In this document: in pieces, positions 36,801 to 50,043 of the stretch
How the letters are laid out: every line of letters begins with the position of its first letter
Numbering within the stretch: position 1 is the stretch's first letter
Origin: Convolutriloba macropyga
Taxonomy: Eukaryota
Length of the DNA: 64,000 nucleotides
Reading direction: 5' to 3'
Assembly: GCF_964194025.1 (NCBI RefSeq)
Contig: NC_134469.1
Coordinates: 84,630,001-84,694,000 of the forward strand
Notes under the pieces: model-generated
Databases searched by the model: none
Told to the model about the DNA's origin: nothing
What the model saw: only the letters and a program-made list of their open reading frames with translations
Made by a program: the position numbers and the translations under genes

Positions 36801-37893
36801 AGCGATCCCAGAAAATGTAAATTTATATAACCCTGGAGCCACTTTTAGCGGTTCCTATGCAAGTCAGTTTGATTATGTCACTGGATATGATTATAATCGA
36901 GCGCCAGATAACTTCTACAACCCAGAAACTGTTAGTTATCACAGTAACAGTCGGAAAACTAGCTTCGATGACCAGGCAACTAACGGCGAAGAAGCAACTA
37001 CCGCAACCTACTCCTCTAGAGCTCGGAGTGATGCGTCCCGATCTAATAATCAATCGTTATTTGATGAAGATGATGAATCGGATGAAGAAGAGGGGACATC
37101 TGAGGAAGTTGAAGACGACGAAGAGACCGGAACTCAAAACACCACCAGAACTAGTAGCGCATTCTCTTCTGGTGTCAAGACTGTAGATCCACTTCAAGAG
37201 TCAGATACCGATGAGGCAGGTTATGGAACAACACCTGTTCCGCAACATTCTCTCGCCAATCAGGTTGCAGCATCGCAAAGCGCTCTTTTGCCCCACTCCA
37301 CTAACGATGTGAATAAACAAGAAACTGCTCCTCCTCCCTTTTCTTTTTCTTTCGCTCAAAATGCCATGCCACCTGCCCCGACGGGTGCACCCAATCCCTT
37401 TTCCCGCTCCGGACCTGGTGGACACAAAATGAGCCACTATCAACAATATCCCAACGCATTCAAAGTGTCAGAAGTAGCCAAGGTTCTTCCTCCGCCTTCG
37501 TTGCCTACTCCTCAGCATATGTACGAACCTTCATCAACTGCAACATTCTCAACTGGAGCCACTCCTCCTATTATGCAACAACCTGGTAACTTTGTAAATA
37601 GCAACAACGCTCAACCTATGAGAAAACCCTCGGCTCCTCATGTACCCATTTCCAACCCAATGAGTCTGAACCCGCCTGCGATTCCCAATATTAATGAAGG
37701 CGGTCCCGGTCCTCAAAGTGTTGAAAACCAGAACAACCTAGTTGCTCCTCCGGTAGCTGAGCCGAATAATGAAGAGAACTTTGTGCCCATTGTACCTACG
37801 TTTTTCAACCCGTCCAAATTTAAAAGCCCAGCTCCTTTGGGGCCTCCTATGTTTCCAGGGCCTGGCACCATGTCCTCGACGGGAAAGAAGTAG
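33847..37893 (+). CDS. SEC16: Protein transport protein SEC16 (COPII/ER exit site scaffold), single-exon ORF of 1348 aa
   Basis: Central conserved domain motifs RKTPERF..H..AKFSPNG, FPGPL, LWGVAL, NDPLKTY, NWKQHLAIILAN, LGDAL, ASQLCYLLA, KLVLIG, flanked by P/Q/S-rich disordered arms. Confidence 0.92.
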   Translation: MSEKLRSSHVGSSLLPDKPKNPSRQSAFVPVYGNGSIQQDVNGGNVRPSSRDSTPVSQTSFPGYTQPNPLQYPPYTLGQGQMPGYGSQPHHGIGPAFNYFQPPMQQLMSPYWNNQNLSQGYHLPQQPSVQHFYQYPAVYQNSKMNNSTGHIFEPVTSSTLNKPPSREKDRTNSESSSANVNTVNYPQNGAPIPNQTASDAAEANHSSSRGHTPLTNAPIPNQFSTPYGAYSMGSPQMQYPAQAMGFSPFMSPNPYYSGYDMNTMQMYDQWYKMYARAMRNMYYPYMKKSNRRSDLDEDRQTSATRDSVYSPAPSSVLPSNDNEVLSRAGMEMSPDKITSVSEEGRKTPERFPALHSVAKFSPNGVLLFTDVAGGAKNHLYVHGAVTSCSTFAADTFESFPGPLYGSTWKLPKTEIKRFILNQLKLFRKKSKSFQSCSDFEKLGDVCDFVVLLKYLMLLIDSDGSVDTSSVCDLLTDDLEDFESDSQDHSPRSVSLSELNETILTSPRDENRIEVMNKLTKMLLRGESKKFVELAIQEQLWGVALRFSQMMCPSLFNKVCTQFDQANVSFNDPLKTYINVKNSKLLSFVACEALTSNWKQHLAIILANCVDELQVLDYCVSLGDALMTAKRPFASQLCYLLAKINFDWPSTTSVTKLVLIGPSSPKDSFNSLMLLKSPLAVALTLIYEHCIKLSFPSFSIPFLQLCKLSLARRYFDTSQFEVAFKYCENIAINVQVNPESFSIAFIVQLTEMSFILSLKLSKTEEPWLHNLLALHLSCTGVSVGVKKTDNDSSTNVTKTDGLQSKKAGYSLLTSEDAKKQALVVSTDVDAVLEYAQKTTNSLSISDGQVQETQRKVSASKVETKFPGPPVPEDYGGFYSQQSSQNAVQPSFPGNSLPVAHGVSINETGNPGDSNTVSTASVNDPVVPPLRVIPTDQTSMKKHSVPELNSSRSVKSASSKSSVSDQTENPPVHIPTSISENQYNTSKAIPENVNLYNPGATFSGSYASQFDYVTGYDYNRAPDNFYNPETVSYHSNSRKTSFDDQATNGEEATTATYSSRARSDASRSNNQSLFDEDDESDEEEGTSEEVEDDEETGTQNTTRTSSAFSSGVKTVDPLQESDTDEAGYGTTPVPQHSLANQVAASQSALLPHSTNDVNKQETAPPPFSFSFAQNAMPPAPTGAPNPFSRSGPGGHKMSHYQQYPNAFKVSEVAKVLPPPSLPTPQHMYEPSSTATFSTGATPPIMQQPGNFVNSNNAQPMRKPSAPHVPISNPMSLNPPAIPNINEGGPGPQSVENQNNLVAPPVAEPNNEENFVPIVPTFFNPSKFKSPAPLGPPMFPGPGTMSSTGKK

Positions 37894-38470
37894 TCAAATT
37901 GTATTTATTTACTTGGTGCTTGGAATAGATCTGGTCGATTTTAACCTGTATGTAGCTAAATATCGATCTATATAATGTGTCGGCTGTGATTTTTGTGATT
38001 AAAATGTAATATAACTTTGAAGGGTAATTTCCTTTGGTCTCAATTCAATATTTATTCTGTTGGTTTTGCCAGGCGTCGAACATATTTTTGTTAAATCAAC
38101 TGCGTCAGTTGAACTCGAAAAAGACGTTTAATTATGAACTTCGAGTTGATCAACGCAAATTTGTTGATGCGCAAGTTTGAGCGCATATAAAACCACTGTC
38201 ACTATTGCATACTGTTTCGACCGTTTTTTTTTATGAAATGGAAGGGACTTTATCTTTTCTCTTCATCGAAAACTTGACTTTTTCTACATCAAAAGTCCAT
38301 GGCGCGTAGAACTCAAATCCGAAAGGAAAACAAAAATCTGACTACTATCTAAACTTAAAGATTTGACAGTTTAACTTCCAACTGAGTTTGCTGTTCAGCG
38401 ACAAACTCGGTGAAATCAGCCACATTATTGGAAGTCAGTTTGCAAAAATGCAACATTGATCCAAATTTTG

Positions 38471-38790
38471 AATTGCTCTCGAACGAAGTATGAAGCTATT
38501 ATTTTTGTGTCTTTCTTTTTCATGCAAGGTGTCGTTTGACTTGTACGATCCAGATTGTTCGACTGATTTGAATTTTTGTCAAAAGCAACGGTAAAAACTG
38601 GTAAAGCTCGAGCGTGCTAAGTTGCTGAGCATTTCTATTAGAGTATTAGTAGGCGCTAAGTATGATTCAGCGAAGCTCCTGAGGAAGGGTTCAGGTCTAA
38701 ATTCATGGTTGAGAAAGGCAATTTTTGGTCGATTTCGACCCCCGCCTGTCGTTCAAGAGCAACTTCTTTATTGGGTTGTTTTTATGTTTT
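38471..38790 (+). mobile_element. Family A HINE-like element
   Basis: AATTGCTCTCGAACGAAGTATGAAGC ... CCCGCCTGTCGTTCAAGAGCAA ... TTTATGTTTT; 3' stem-loop decayed. Confidence 0.65.
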
Positions 38791-41700
38791 GGTCTGCTAA
38801 GACCTCTCAAATGAAAAAACAATGCAAACTTAATTCAAACTTTATCTGCTCTCTATAAGCCAGATGTGCAAAGAAAAAAATTTGATTTGTTATGCCTTTC
38901 ATGCAAATAACTGCCAGAATAAAAAGCTACAACGAATAAGAAAATGTTTTGTTCTTTGATAGCCAAGAGAGAAAATATTTTGAAGGAGATAATCGAAGGC
39001 TTGTAATGTGTGTTTGGTAATGATTTTCTGATACCCTTAAATGTTCCTACCCTATCCATTTAGTTAAATATATTTCTTCGTAATCTAAACAGCTTAGAAC
39101 AACTTTATACCGCAAATGATATATAATTTATGCTTTTTCAATTTGATTCGAAATATTTGTGAAATTTTGTGCGAGATACAAAAAATTTATTTTCAAATAT
39201 ATACCGCATAAATCTACATAATATAATATTGACAAGACAGCTGTGATTCTATCTGCAACCAGTAACATGTAGAGCAGGACATTTTGGCTTTTTAAGAATC
39301 GTAAATTGCACTTGAAATTTCGAATATCAGTAGTAAAAAAAAACCTTTAAAAACTCTGTAAAAAAATTGTATAAATGGAGGGCATAGCCTATTACTATTT
39401 AGTAATTTAATACTCTCGAGTCCTGACGTTGTTTTTTTGGGCAAACAAAACGCCTCTCGCTTAAAAAAACAATCGGGACAGATATTGGTGCACATTTTGC
39501 TTGAGCATTTGCTGGTTTTTTATTACAGCTGAAAATAACAGCTCGCGTTTCATAACTAATTCTCATCGTTTTCGCCTTCTTGAATTTGAAGAAAGCCATG
39601 AAAGCTAATTTCAATTAAATAAGGAGGCTCGCATCATTCTGTACGTCGACCAGAATGTTCCCATATTAGCATTTGAAAGCGTACATTGCATAATTTCACC
39701 ATATCTAAATTGATATTGCTGAAGCTTTTGCCTTAGCAACAATTTTTGTTGTTTTAGCCAGATTTCCAAAAATGGCAATTGTTTTTATACTCAGGTTTGA
39801 AAACGTAGAGGGGAGCAAAGAAATATTCGAGTTTCTAGAGGAGCCAGAAGTGCCTGAGCAGCTTCCAATTACAAAGAATTTTTTTGTTTGGCCTAATTTT
39901 GTTGAAAAAGGTTAACGTAAGAAGTTGCTGTGTTTCCGAGATGAATCTCTTATTTTTTGTGTCCATTATATAAGGGTTGTGATTTTAGTTGAGGAGTTTT
40001 TCTCTTTCTTTAAATAACTTCTTGACCTTGAGAATTGTAACATGTTTAAGATCATTCAGTTCACTCTCAGAATCAACTCTATTTGATACCGTGTGCTTTG
40101 CTGAGGAAATTTGTTCTGTTCAAAAGCAATAGCCTATTTGGTTTAGTTTTTTGAAGAATTTCGTATCTCGTTTTAAAAATTTTGTGTGTTCGTATATCAA
40201 CCCATAAAAAACATGAAAAAGGGAACAGCATAAGCAACCTCTTCACTTGGCTCTGTATTCAGTGAAATTTTGTCAGAAAAACCTATTTCAACCCGCAAGG
40301 TTGTGTTCTACAAATGCAGCGTTACTCTACACGAAACCGAATTGCTGTAGAATTTTTGTCTGAATTATTTCTTTTATGCGGCGATAGTTTGCAACCAGAA
40401 AATGTTTTGTCTACTGTTTGCTTAACAAGATCTCTCCAATAGCTTTTTCATATAATGAAGGAATAAAACTAGCGTGTTCAAACGATTCAACTGCTAAAAA
40501 TTTTTCGAAGGTAAGAAGAGCCGACAAGATTTTTGATACAGCGAAAAACAGCCTGACAAGCCGTAAACTAGATTTCAAATATTTGAAAAACTTCTCTTTG
40601 CACGGTAATTTGATGACAATAGTTTTTCTTTTAAATAATGACAAAACATAAAACAAACAAAAACAAACATAAATAAAGATGAAAAATAAAAGATTTAATT
40701 AAAATATTTCTATCAACACTGGTTAGAAAGAAAACGGCTCAAAATAAGCTTCCGAAAGTTTGTTACTCGACCTGAAATGAGAGCAATGAAAGAAATTTAA
40801 TTAAATTTATCGAAACACGAAAAATTCTCAAACAGTTGTGAGGAAATATGGCTCAAAATTTTTTAAATTTAGAGTGTCTCGCTATTGAATTTTAAACGTC
40901 TTTGACCTTCTCCGCTTACCACACAGTACGTTTTGGTCAAAAACAATAGCAAATATAGCTGAAAATTTCAACTGCTCTGGTATACTTCATGACTTCGGTC
41001 GTTGTCTTTATAATCAAATGAATTCAACGAAGAATTGAATACACCGCAGATCTGAATGCCTCGCTGATTTGACTACAAAAGGTGTTTTCTTTTTTCAAAA
41101 AAGCATTTGAGCCTTTCATTAAAAAAATAAATTTTCATTAGAAAATAATTTACACACAGTAAACGCCAAATGCATTTAGAATAAACTGCGACAGCGCAAA
41201 TCTGGCAATATGAATTAATGGGAAAATGGCAAATTGAATGAGGCTTCTGATATAGTGTCATCTTTCTTTGAATCACAATAACTTTTTTTAAATCAGGGAA
41301 AATTATCTAGGAAGGATTCAAATGCTTTTATGTAACTATTTTTGACCAGATTGACTAATATCATATTTACTCCAAGACTAGCAAGCATTTGTTTCTTAAC
41401 AAAGGCCAGGCCTTAGAACCATTCGCTATATACAACAACGTTGAAACGGAGGAGATATAATGAGACCTCGCATTTCGATTGAGGACTAATGACGGCTGTT
41501 TCGGACTAACTTCGGTCTTTGTTATTTATTAAATTTGGTATTTTCATTGAAAAAAAAAAGAATGTGGTTTGTTTTTCTGAACAAAAGAAGTCTAAATTAT
41601 TTTTTTTAAATAAAGGGGCGGAACAGTTCGTTAAAAGTAGGAAACATATTTGAAAAAATTGTAGCAAAATATTCAATAATACGACCGAGGATTAGTATAA

Positions 41701-43700
41701 ACGGAAACAACAGACCCTGTAAAAATGTGCCCTTTAGAATACGGAAGAGTATTTAAACTTCAGAACCAACCTGAAATTGTGAAGAAGTTTTTAAATAGTT
41801 GAAGCACTTAATTAAAAGAATCAAGCAGTGAACTTTATTAGAATCTCGTTGCCTGATACTCGCTCTTTCAAATAGGAGCCGATTAACGTTATTTGTTCCT
41901 TTTAACAGCAGCAGTAAAATTAGATTGTGAAAAAAGTGCTAAAAATAACGCACGTGAACAAAAACTTCTGGGAAATTGTTTTCTCTCTCTCTCTCTCTCG
42001 TAGTAACATTTTGTAGTGACAAGCTGCTATCTGATAAAATTCACGTTCCGTGGTTGGAATCTGATCGACTACCAATGTTTCAAGAATATGTAAACAGATC
42101 TTTAAGGAAGACTGCGCTCAAAAAAGTGTTAAGTTTAGGAGGTTAATAAATGTCAGTTGAGTAGATATTGCTGTTTTGCAACTGATATCGGTTTTTCACT
42201 GATTGAACAAAGAAAACAGTGGTGAAAAAAAAAAGAAAATCACTGGTTGAGCGGTTGAACAGATTATCAAAGTGAAAGTATCTCAAGAAATATTTGATTT
42301 TTGCCTAACTATGATGTGAAAATATGTATTTAATGCACAACCAGTGCTTTTGGTCTCTATAGAAGACTAAATGCGGTTTTAATAGAAGACAAAACTCTGT
42401 GTAAAGCACATTTTTAATTGATTTTTTTATGATTCATTTTGTACTATTTTTCTTTATAGTTTTCGTGAAGTTGAAGAACAATTATCTAATAATTACAGAT
42501 CGTAACTTTTAGAACTATTGTTTTTCAAAAGAATTGGGACAGGCTTTGTTTGTATTAATTGCAGGTAACTGGTAGGTAGTTATTTCTACTGACGTTCAAG
42601 TCAGTTCTTCTCTTCAATATTATTTGGAGGTTTACATTTGTGGTCTTTGTGACTTTTAATCAAGAGGAACGAGAAGCAGATTTTAAAGTTTAACTAGTTA
42701 AAAGAAAAAACCTCCTTAGATCAATTTGGTCTTCAATTTTCTAATTATTTTTGCGGAACTTATGAATTGTGACATCTAACGTATGGCAGGATCAAAGATA
42801 TTAGTGAAACGTCTATCTTGATGGATTTATTTTCTTACTTTGTTGTAGCAGATAGTTATACGTGTCAAAATTTGTTTGTACGATGCTTCAGGTTCATTTT
42901 ATTGTTCGTTTGACACGTTTGTAGTGTTTATTTTGTACTGATCAGACATTTATTTAATCCAGTGGAAATCAGATGAATTGATTAATGTTGAATATTTAAT
43001 ATGCACCAGCCCCCCCCCCCCTCCATTGTTGGTTGAATTGGTACTTCATAATTGAATAATGTCCGCAGATGTTCTCAGAACAACCAGTTTGATGGGAGAC
43101 TGATGAATTCTTTTATAGGCAGAGTAGTAAAATCTTAGATACATAAATCAACCACCTGTATTTACAAGAGGAAGAAACAAGGTTTGCTGGAGCTTTTTCG
43201 CTGTACCTGAGACATTAATAAGAAAAAGGTTTGAGTCAAGACAATGCTCATTTTTAATAATTTATTTGAAAAATCATAATGTAATTCGCATTCAGACTGA
43301 TCAAGCGACTGTCTGACAAAAAAAGTGAAATGAATTATCATTTCCATGACACTTTTTTTCTTAATGAACGCCAAAGAATCTAGGTATAATGGTGCGAGGA
43401 ATATACAACTTAAGTTTTTGAGAGAATTCAATTTATCTCCATTTGAAATCAGTGGTGGAAAAAAACATTAAATCAAGATGGAAAAAATTCTATGATCTAA
43501 TGGCAAATTACAAAAAATGTAATATTTAAAATCTGCTCTTCTGGTCTACTCTGGTGACACCTTTCTCCTCAGAATATTTGTCTTTTCTCGCGGCTCCATC
43601 TGAGGGTAGTATTTTTGTTGCAAAAGTTTCCGATTTTCGTAGAAAAGCATAAGGTGCAATAATGGAAAGACTGTGTTGAAAGCAGTGGTCAAATGTAGAT

Positions 43701-46013
43701 AATTGTTCCGACCCACTTAAGTGGGGGGAGTCAATTTTTGAGTTCAAGTTTTTGAGCTGTGACCGGTATCATTAGTAAACCCATAAAGCGTAGAATATGG
43801 AATTAAAAGAATTTTTTAATTTCGTTTTTTACAGCGAGCTATCAAGATTTTAAGCTTTGTGAACATTCAGCCGAATTATGATGCTTTTGTTCCCAATTAT
43901 CGTCAATTTTGCTGAAATGTATTAAAATTGTTAACACTAGACTTTTTGATGTAATCTTTAAAGGTAAAGGAGAGTTGCTGAATTTTTCGATCCATTTATG
44001 CTATTTTAAAATTCAGATGTTTTTTTCGTGAAAAATGGGATCAATTATCCTTTATTAGCCCTCTATTGTTAAATTTGATGGACGTAGACCTTAAAAAACT
44101 TTTCAAATTGTTTCCTCATTTGTAGTTTTTTATGTTAATTACTGACAAGAATTTCACATCAGGGCTCAATTTTTGATAGATAATATTTACAAAAACTGAG
44201 GCTCAACGAACATAATGTATGGGTCCAGAGTCAAGCTCATGATTTTTACAGCTTTGAGCAAATAATGTAAAATTTTATGTAAATCTTTTGCTTTGCTTTC
44301 ATTTATAGTCTAATGACTAGTCTCCCCAATCAACGATACAATTGGCTTCTATAAGAGCTATAAGTGGTTTTAGACAATGCTTTCAGTTGTTATCCAATGT
44401 CTCATGACTTTGAATAAATTTGTTCTAAGACAATGTCGGTGAATTTTTGAACTCGAATTTTTGAATTATCGCACTGTTGACTTATCCAGTTTTTGATAAA
44501 AGCACAGCGTTTAGAAAAGGCGCAACTGAATATGTTAATTGTTCTTCTTGATAACTTTATGAATCACACATTTCTCTAGCAAACTTTAGCGGATTATTTT
44601 TTAAATTTTTGCCTTGGGTTTTCTTTTTTTGATAGTACGACATTTAACTGATGAAGATAGGTCTAACTTGCTTCCTCAAGTTGTATAACTGAACCTATTT
44701 AACGATTTCAGTTCATAGTTAATTGTTTTAATGCCTTTGAAATGAACTTTTAAAAAAAGAGTTTTCAACTGTCTCCTTTTTCCCCTGATTTTTGTGATAA
44801 TGTAACGCAACCTCATTAATAAGGATTGTCGGCTGCTTTTGTTAATTCAAACATTAGTTTCTCTGTTGCTTTTATGTTTTGACTGATGGCTTCGAGTTTT
44901 TCATAAGTATTCGATACTGTTTTTTTTGGGCTTCTTTGTTTTCATCTCCACGTAAGGAAGATCGTCGATGCTCAGATGAGAAACAAGTGATGACTTACAG
45001 CTCTTGAAGATAACACCTTATAGTTATAGTGCCTTAAACTCTGTGATGTCTTAAAATTGTTTGAAGTTTTGGCTTCTACCTGTGTTTTTATTTTAAGCCT
45101 TGTGACTTAGTTTCATTGATAACAGTTCTAATTGGCTCCCTGATGTGTTCCACTTTTTAGTCGAAATTTTATGTCTGTTATGACTTTTGAAAATATTTGT
45201 TTTCAAAAGCATTTTGATTTTTGAGCTTCGCTATTTTTTAAATCTTTTTAAGTCGATTTTAAGCTAAGTCTCTGTAAAGACAGGTCGCAAACCGTTTCCA
45301 TTGAGCTAAAATTTTTTTTTTAGAATGGGTTTAATTTCAACCTTTACTACGAGATTTCATTAATTGTTTGTAATTTTTGCATATTTGTTATAGGATTGCT
45401 GTTTTACATCAATAATGGTAGATCCCATTGGCTTTTTAAATTGGGCAATTAAACATTTTTGATGTTTTCATTGACAAACTTATGGTTTTTACGGCATCAT
45501 TGCCATTATCGCGCAAAGTTTGATTTTTTAAATTTTGCCGGTTTTTGTTCTTGTTTTGACTTTCTGTGTTCTAATGACGTAAACTGGGGATTTCACTTTT
45601 TAGAGATTTCAGTTAGTTTAATGATTTTAATCATTTTGAAATTTTTGGCTTTTTCGCGAACTGTTACCCGGTCGCGTTGAGGACAGGTGCCATATCTTTT
45701 CTAATTAAGTATAGGATAATTTGTTTTGTTTTGGTTTTTATCCGATGAGAGCTAAAATTTTGACATCGAGTTTTGGTCGTAATTAATGTTTGTTTTTTGA
45801 TGTATATGCTTGTCTTTTCTAGTAGTCTTATTATCAACAAGTTTTCTTGGCCCTCCAAAGTGGCATTTTTTTATTCCATTCGTGGTTTGTTGAACGATAT
45901 GTATGATTTTGAAGGTTATCTATCTCTTGCTCATTTGATAGCCAATTATGTCAACAATGTGGATGAAATGGGTCGAAACATTGTGCGAACGCACATCAGC
46001 GAGTCTCCTTGTT
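43701..46013 (+). mobile_element. Family B HINE-like element
   Basis: TTGTTCCGACCC and GGTATCATTAG...GCGTAGAATATGGAATT shared with the 3808 copy; 3' GGGTCGAAACA, TGTGCG-AA-CGCACA, CGAGTCTCCTTGTT. Confidence 0.7.
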
Positions 46014-49000
46014 CTGTTTTCAGTACTTTCGATAAAATTTCTCTCTTTCTTATGTAGTCTTAGCTAAGATTTTCGTATTTTTTTCGCTTTGGATTTTTAA
46101 TCCATTTTTTGCGTCTGGATTCTGATGTTTTTCTTGACAAATTGACTGTTCCTAAACCTCTGGTCTCCGAAATCAACATCAGAGCACATCTCTGCTTGTA
46201 GTTTTGTAGTAGAGTTTTCCGTCAATAAGAGGAGAATTTCGGTTCAAGACTTGTAACCCAATGATAGGAGACACTAAAAAAATTTCTTGCTTCTTGCAAA
46301 AAGCGTGGATTCATAAGATATACAGATATACGAGTTCTCTCGAACGGATGATGCCTGAGAGATAGTGAGAAAGAACAGAAAACAGAAAGGAAGACGATAT
46401 TGCGCCCCTGAATTGTTTAGAACCCACCAATCAGAAGATCTTTTTTTCACAGATGGACATCGAAACACTTTCGATTCTAATCGTCTAAGTATATTGTAGA
46501 TTTGATAACCTTTTTTAAGGGTACAGTGAAACCAAGATTTCACATTTGTTTGAAATCTTTTTGGGAAACTTTTAAAATCGCAAGTGAATAAATTAAATTT
46601 ATTTTAAGTTTGATCTTACTGCTATTTTGGAGGTGAACAATGTTATCGAATTTCAGTATTTTGTTCAATTGATTTTTGAATGATACTGTTCACCGACATA
46701 ACTCTACACTATTTTAGGGGTCAGAAAGCTCTTTAAAAATAAAAAATTTTGTCGCTATGACAACTATACTGTTTTCTGAAATTTGTTCAATTTTCGTAAA
46801 TTTTCATTAATCGTTGAAATTTTAATTAATCGTTGAAATATTAAAAGAAGCCTAGGAATAATCATTCAGTTGTTTTAATTAACCTTTCCTTACCAAAGTT
46901 TTGTTAAGTAAGCCCTCTCGAGTCTCTAAAAATCGAAATACTACTGATATCGGTTTACTTAATTGTAACAACAAATTTTCTTGCAATAAATCATGTGATC
47001 AAAAACCAGAAGTATGTGAAAAGTTTTATTTAATGTTCTCTTTCCTTTTAACTGGGGCAAAATAAACTAAACTGGGCCTCAGTTTTTTTTTCATGAAAAA
47101 CATGCGACTATGTTTCGAAAGAAATTCCTGAGGCAAATTTTTCAAAAAATTGTATTCCTCTAGGTTGCAATTTTAGAATGCAAAATTAATAACTTATCCA
47201 AAACATTGCTAAGGCTTTGTTATTCTCGACTGCCACCAAAATAAGCAATCTTTGTTTAATAGTTTTTCAACGACATTATTATTTCTGCTTACTACAATTT
47301 AGTCAGCTCAAAAAGTCAAGCTATGACTTCCCCTCTCCCTAATCAGGGTGAAAACATCACATCATAGTGCTTACACGGTGTAACGGTTGCTAAATAATCT
47401 CCTTCATTGGTGGTTGGAAATATATTTGCACTTGTGGTGTGTTGAAAAATTGCCGACTGTAATCGATAATCAAGTTTTACTTTCTTTTCTTATGGGGATC
47501 TTTTTCTTCGTTATCTCTATTTGTAAGTTTTCTAACTCGTCATCAGAAACATTAAATATAAATAACTTTTCCTACGATTAAACAAAGTCTGGAAAAATTT
47601 TTGGATTTGGTTTGTTTCAAAAGAAATTGATTATTGTTCCAACATTTTTTCAAAATGAGGGAATAATTATGCGAGGCTGGTTTTTTTCAGTCAAAATTTC
47701 ACTTTTTGTTGGCGCTTCATAGAGACAAGAGGAAAAACCATTTTGTAGCCCTCAGAATCTAGTTTTGATTGCTATAAAAATTTTGAAAAAGGAAACACTT
47801 TAAAGTTAAAAATTTTGAAGGTAAATGGGAACGTTAAAAACATCGCTCGCGGGGAGTGGGGGATTTGTAAAGAATCAAATTAGGTTTAATGAAGTTTTCC
47901 TTGTCGCGAGTAATTTTATACAGTTGCGAGCCTAAAAGTTATTGTATTTGATCTAAAATTTCAAAAAAAAATGATTTTTTTCCTCGAAGTTTTGTTCATC
48001 CTTCTCGCTGTTTTCTACTGATTAAACAATTTTGTAGAAAGCAACGTTTCTCTGTATCGAACCAATTTTTAGAGCTCTCAAAAGCAAAAGTCTGCTTTAA
48101 AAATGTAAAACAAAGCAGAAAAATGTATTCTTTTCTAAACTGTTAAATTCCAGAGCTTGTTTGCGAACAATTCTTCTTCTTTCATCAGTGTTAGTCATTT
48201 TAGTATTTTTAAGACTGCAGAGGCCTAAATATATCAGTTTCATGCAAGGAACGTCAAACCAACCAAATTCATTAATGAAAAATGAAGGTGTAAATCTTTT
48301 TCTTTTTTTAATTTCCTTATATTATCAAAGCGGATCCTTCGAATTAACCTCCTCTAGCGCAATCAATATAGATTTTCAATAAAGATAAGAGTCAGAGAGC
48401 TTTTGGATTGCCAGGCTGAAATTTTTTATACAATTATTTCGTTTTTTTTTGGAAAAAATGGAAACTTATTTTTCACTTCCGGTTTTATTATTGAAAATTT
48501 AGTTTAGCTGGTAGTTCATCTGATAGATTTTTTTAAAAAAAAACGAATTGGCACTTTATGCTCATGAAATATCCAACATTTTGGTAATATTAAAAAAATT
48601 AATAATTTTTTTTGGCAATTTTACAATAAACAATACAATTACCTCAAGAATTTCTTACTTTCTCAAATAGAACAATTAAGAGTTCATTGAACGGTGACAA
48701 ATCATGGGACAAAAACTTTGAAAAATATTTTTGGTGTCGGGTTTCATGTTTGTGTGTGTGTGCGCTGTTAGTCTGAGAGTTAGTTCCTTTAAATGCTAGG
48801 CACGAATAGAAGCAGGTAGCAAAAAACAATCAGGAATTGAACCTTTTGTTTGCTACCAATTGCGGTTTTAAATCTTTTCCAAGCCAAAATTGTTTTAAAT
48901 CTCGCTGGTATCGAATTTGTTAGATTTTAAAAACTAATTGTTTAAATATGCTCTTGAAACCTCAACAATGACAAAACCTTCTGAAAATTTTCAAATAGTT

Positions 49001-50043
49001 TCATTTGAAAGTTAAATGTCAAAAATACAATTAGCATTACAATTTCCTCAGAAAGTCAAAAACTGGTTATTTTGAAAAAACAAAGAAGACCTAATTGAAC
49101 GGTGATGAACCCTGATTAAAGATCAGTTGCCAAAAAGAGTTTTTTCTAAAAAAAACGTACTTTGGTGTTGGGGTTTGTATTTGTGCGTGTAATTTGTGTG
49201 ATGTGTGTGTGTGTTTGCAAGTTTTACCTGTGTCATTGTCTTTCAAATTGTACTACACTTATCTTTTTAGAATATGCTCAAGAGTTTACGTTTTTGCCTG
49301 CAGGAAAAGGATGGCATGTTTTTTTGGTTCAAACAGTATAAGTAAATTTCTCCAATGCATATAAAATGCTTTCGGATACTCCCAATGGTTCCGCTGAGAG
49401 AAATTAATGGTTGGTTTTGCAACTCTGGGAGGTATGTTGGAATATGCTGTGCTACGTACATACGCCATCTTGTTTTATTTTTCTGTGTCATGGTTTGGTA
49501 GCAGCTGCCGAGCATCCATGCTAGAACTACAATGATAGCAGTGTTAATTTTATCCTTTTTCGTTTTTATAAGTACCAATCCTATAATCTTTGTTCCGAGA
49601 AGTGCTGGTATAATTAGGTGTCACTCTCAATTATAACTAAATTGGTACATTTTATGATTGCTGATGGTACTCGTGAAAATTTTAAAATCTTATTTATCGT
49701 TGTGCTGATTGCTGGCGTATTCCAGGAATTGAGTCGTATTTTTTGCCCATAATGTGTGAAAGATGCGTACTACTTCCCTTTTATAATATTGTTGTGATTC
49801 TGTCAAAATCACGGAATGTGCGCATATTCTGTGGAAAAGCAGGTAGAAAAAGTCAGCCTTCTTGTATCGTTTACACTAACCGTCATGTGACCCACAGCTT
49901 TTCACATGCTCACATTGCAGTTCTACTTTCTTTTAATTTCAACCCACAAATTAATGAAAGTTTTTTTCACCTCGTGTCGACGTACTAGCTTGAGGTGGAA
50001 GCTAAAGCGTTTGCGGAATTGCTTTAATTAAGTAAAGTTTATT

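Noticed and set aside
34516-37446. Antisense and alternate-frame ORFs within SEC16
   Set aside because: Shadow ORFs of a long, higher-GC coding exon.
39300-43660. Possible decayed transposon or protease coding remnants
   Set aside because: Only vague Cys-protease-like words in broken frames; not supportable without a translated search.
49267-49578. Minus-strand ORFs repeated at 52140-52445
   Set aside because: Similarity reflects the recent DNA duplication; no recognisable domain or splice support.
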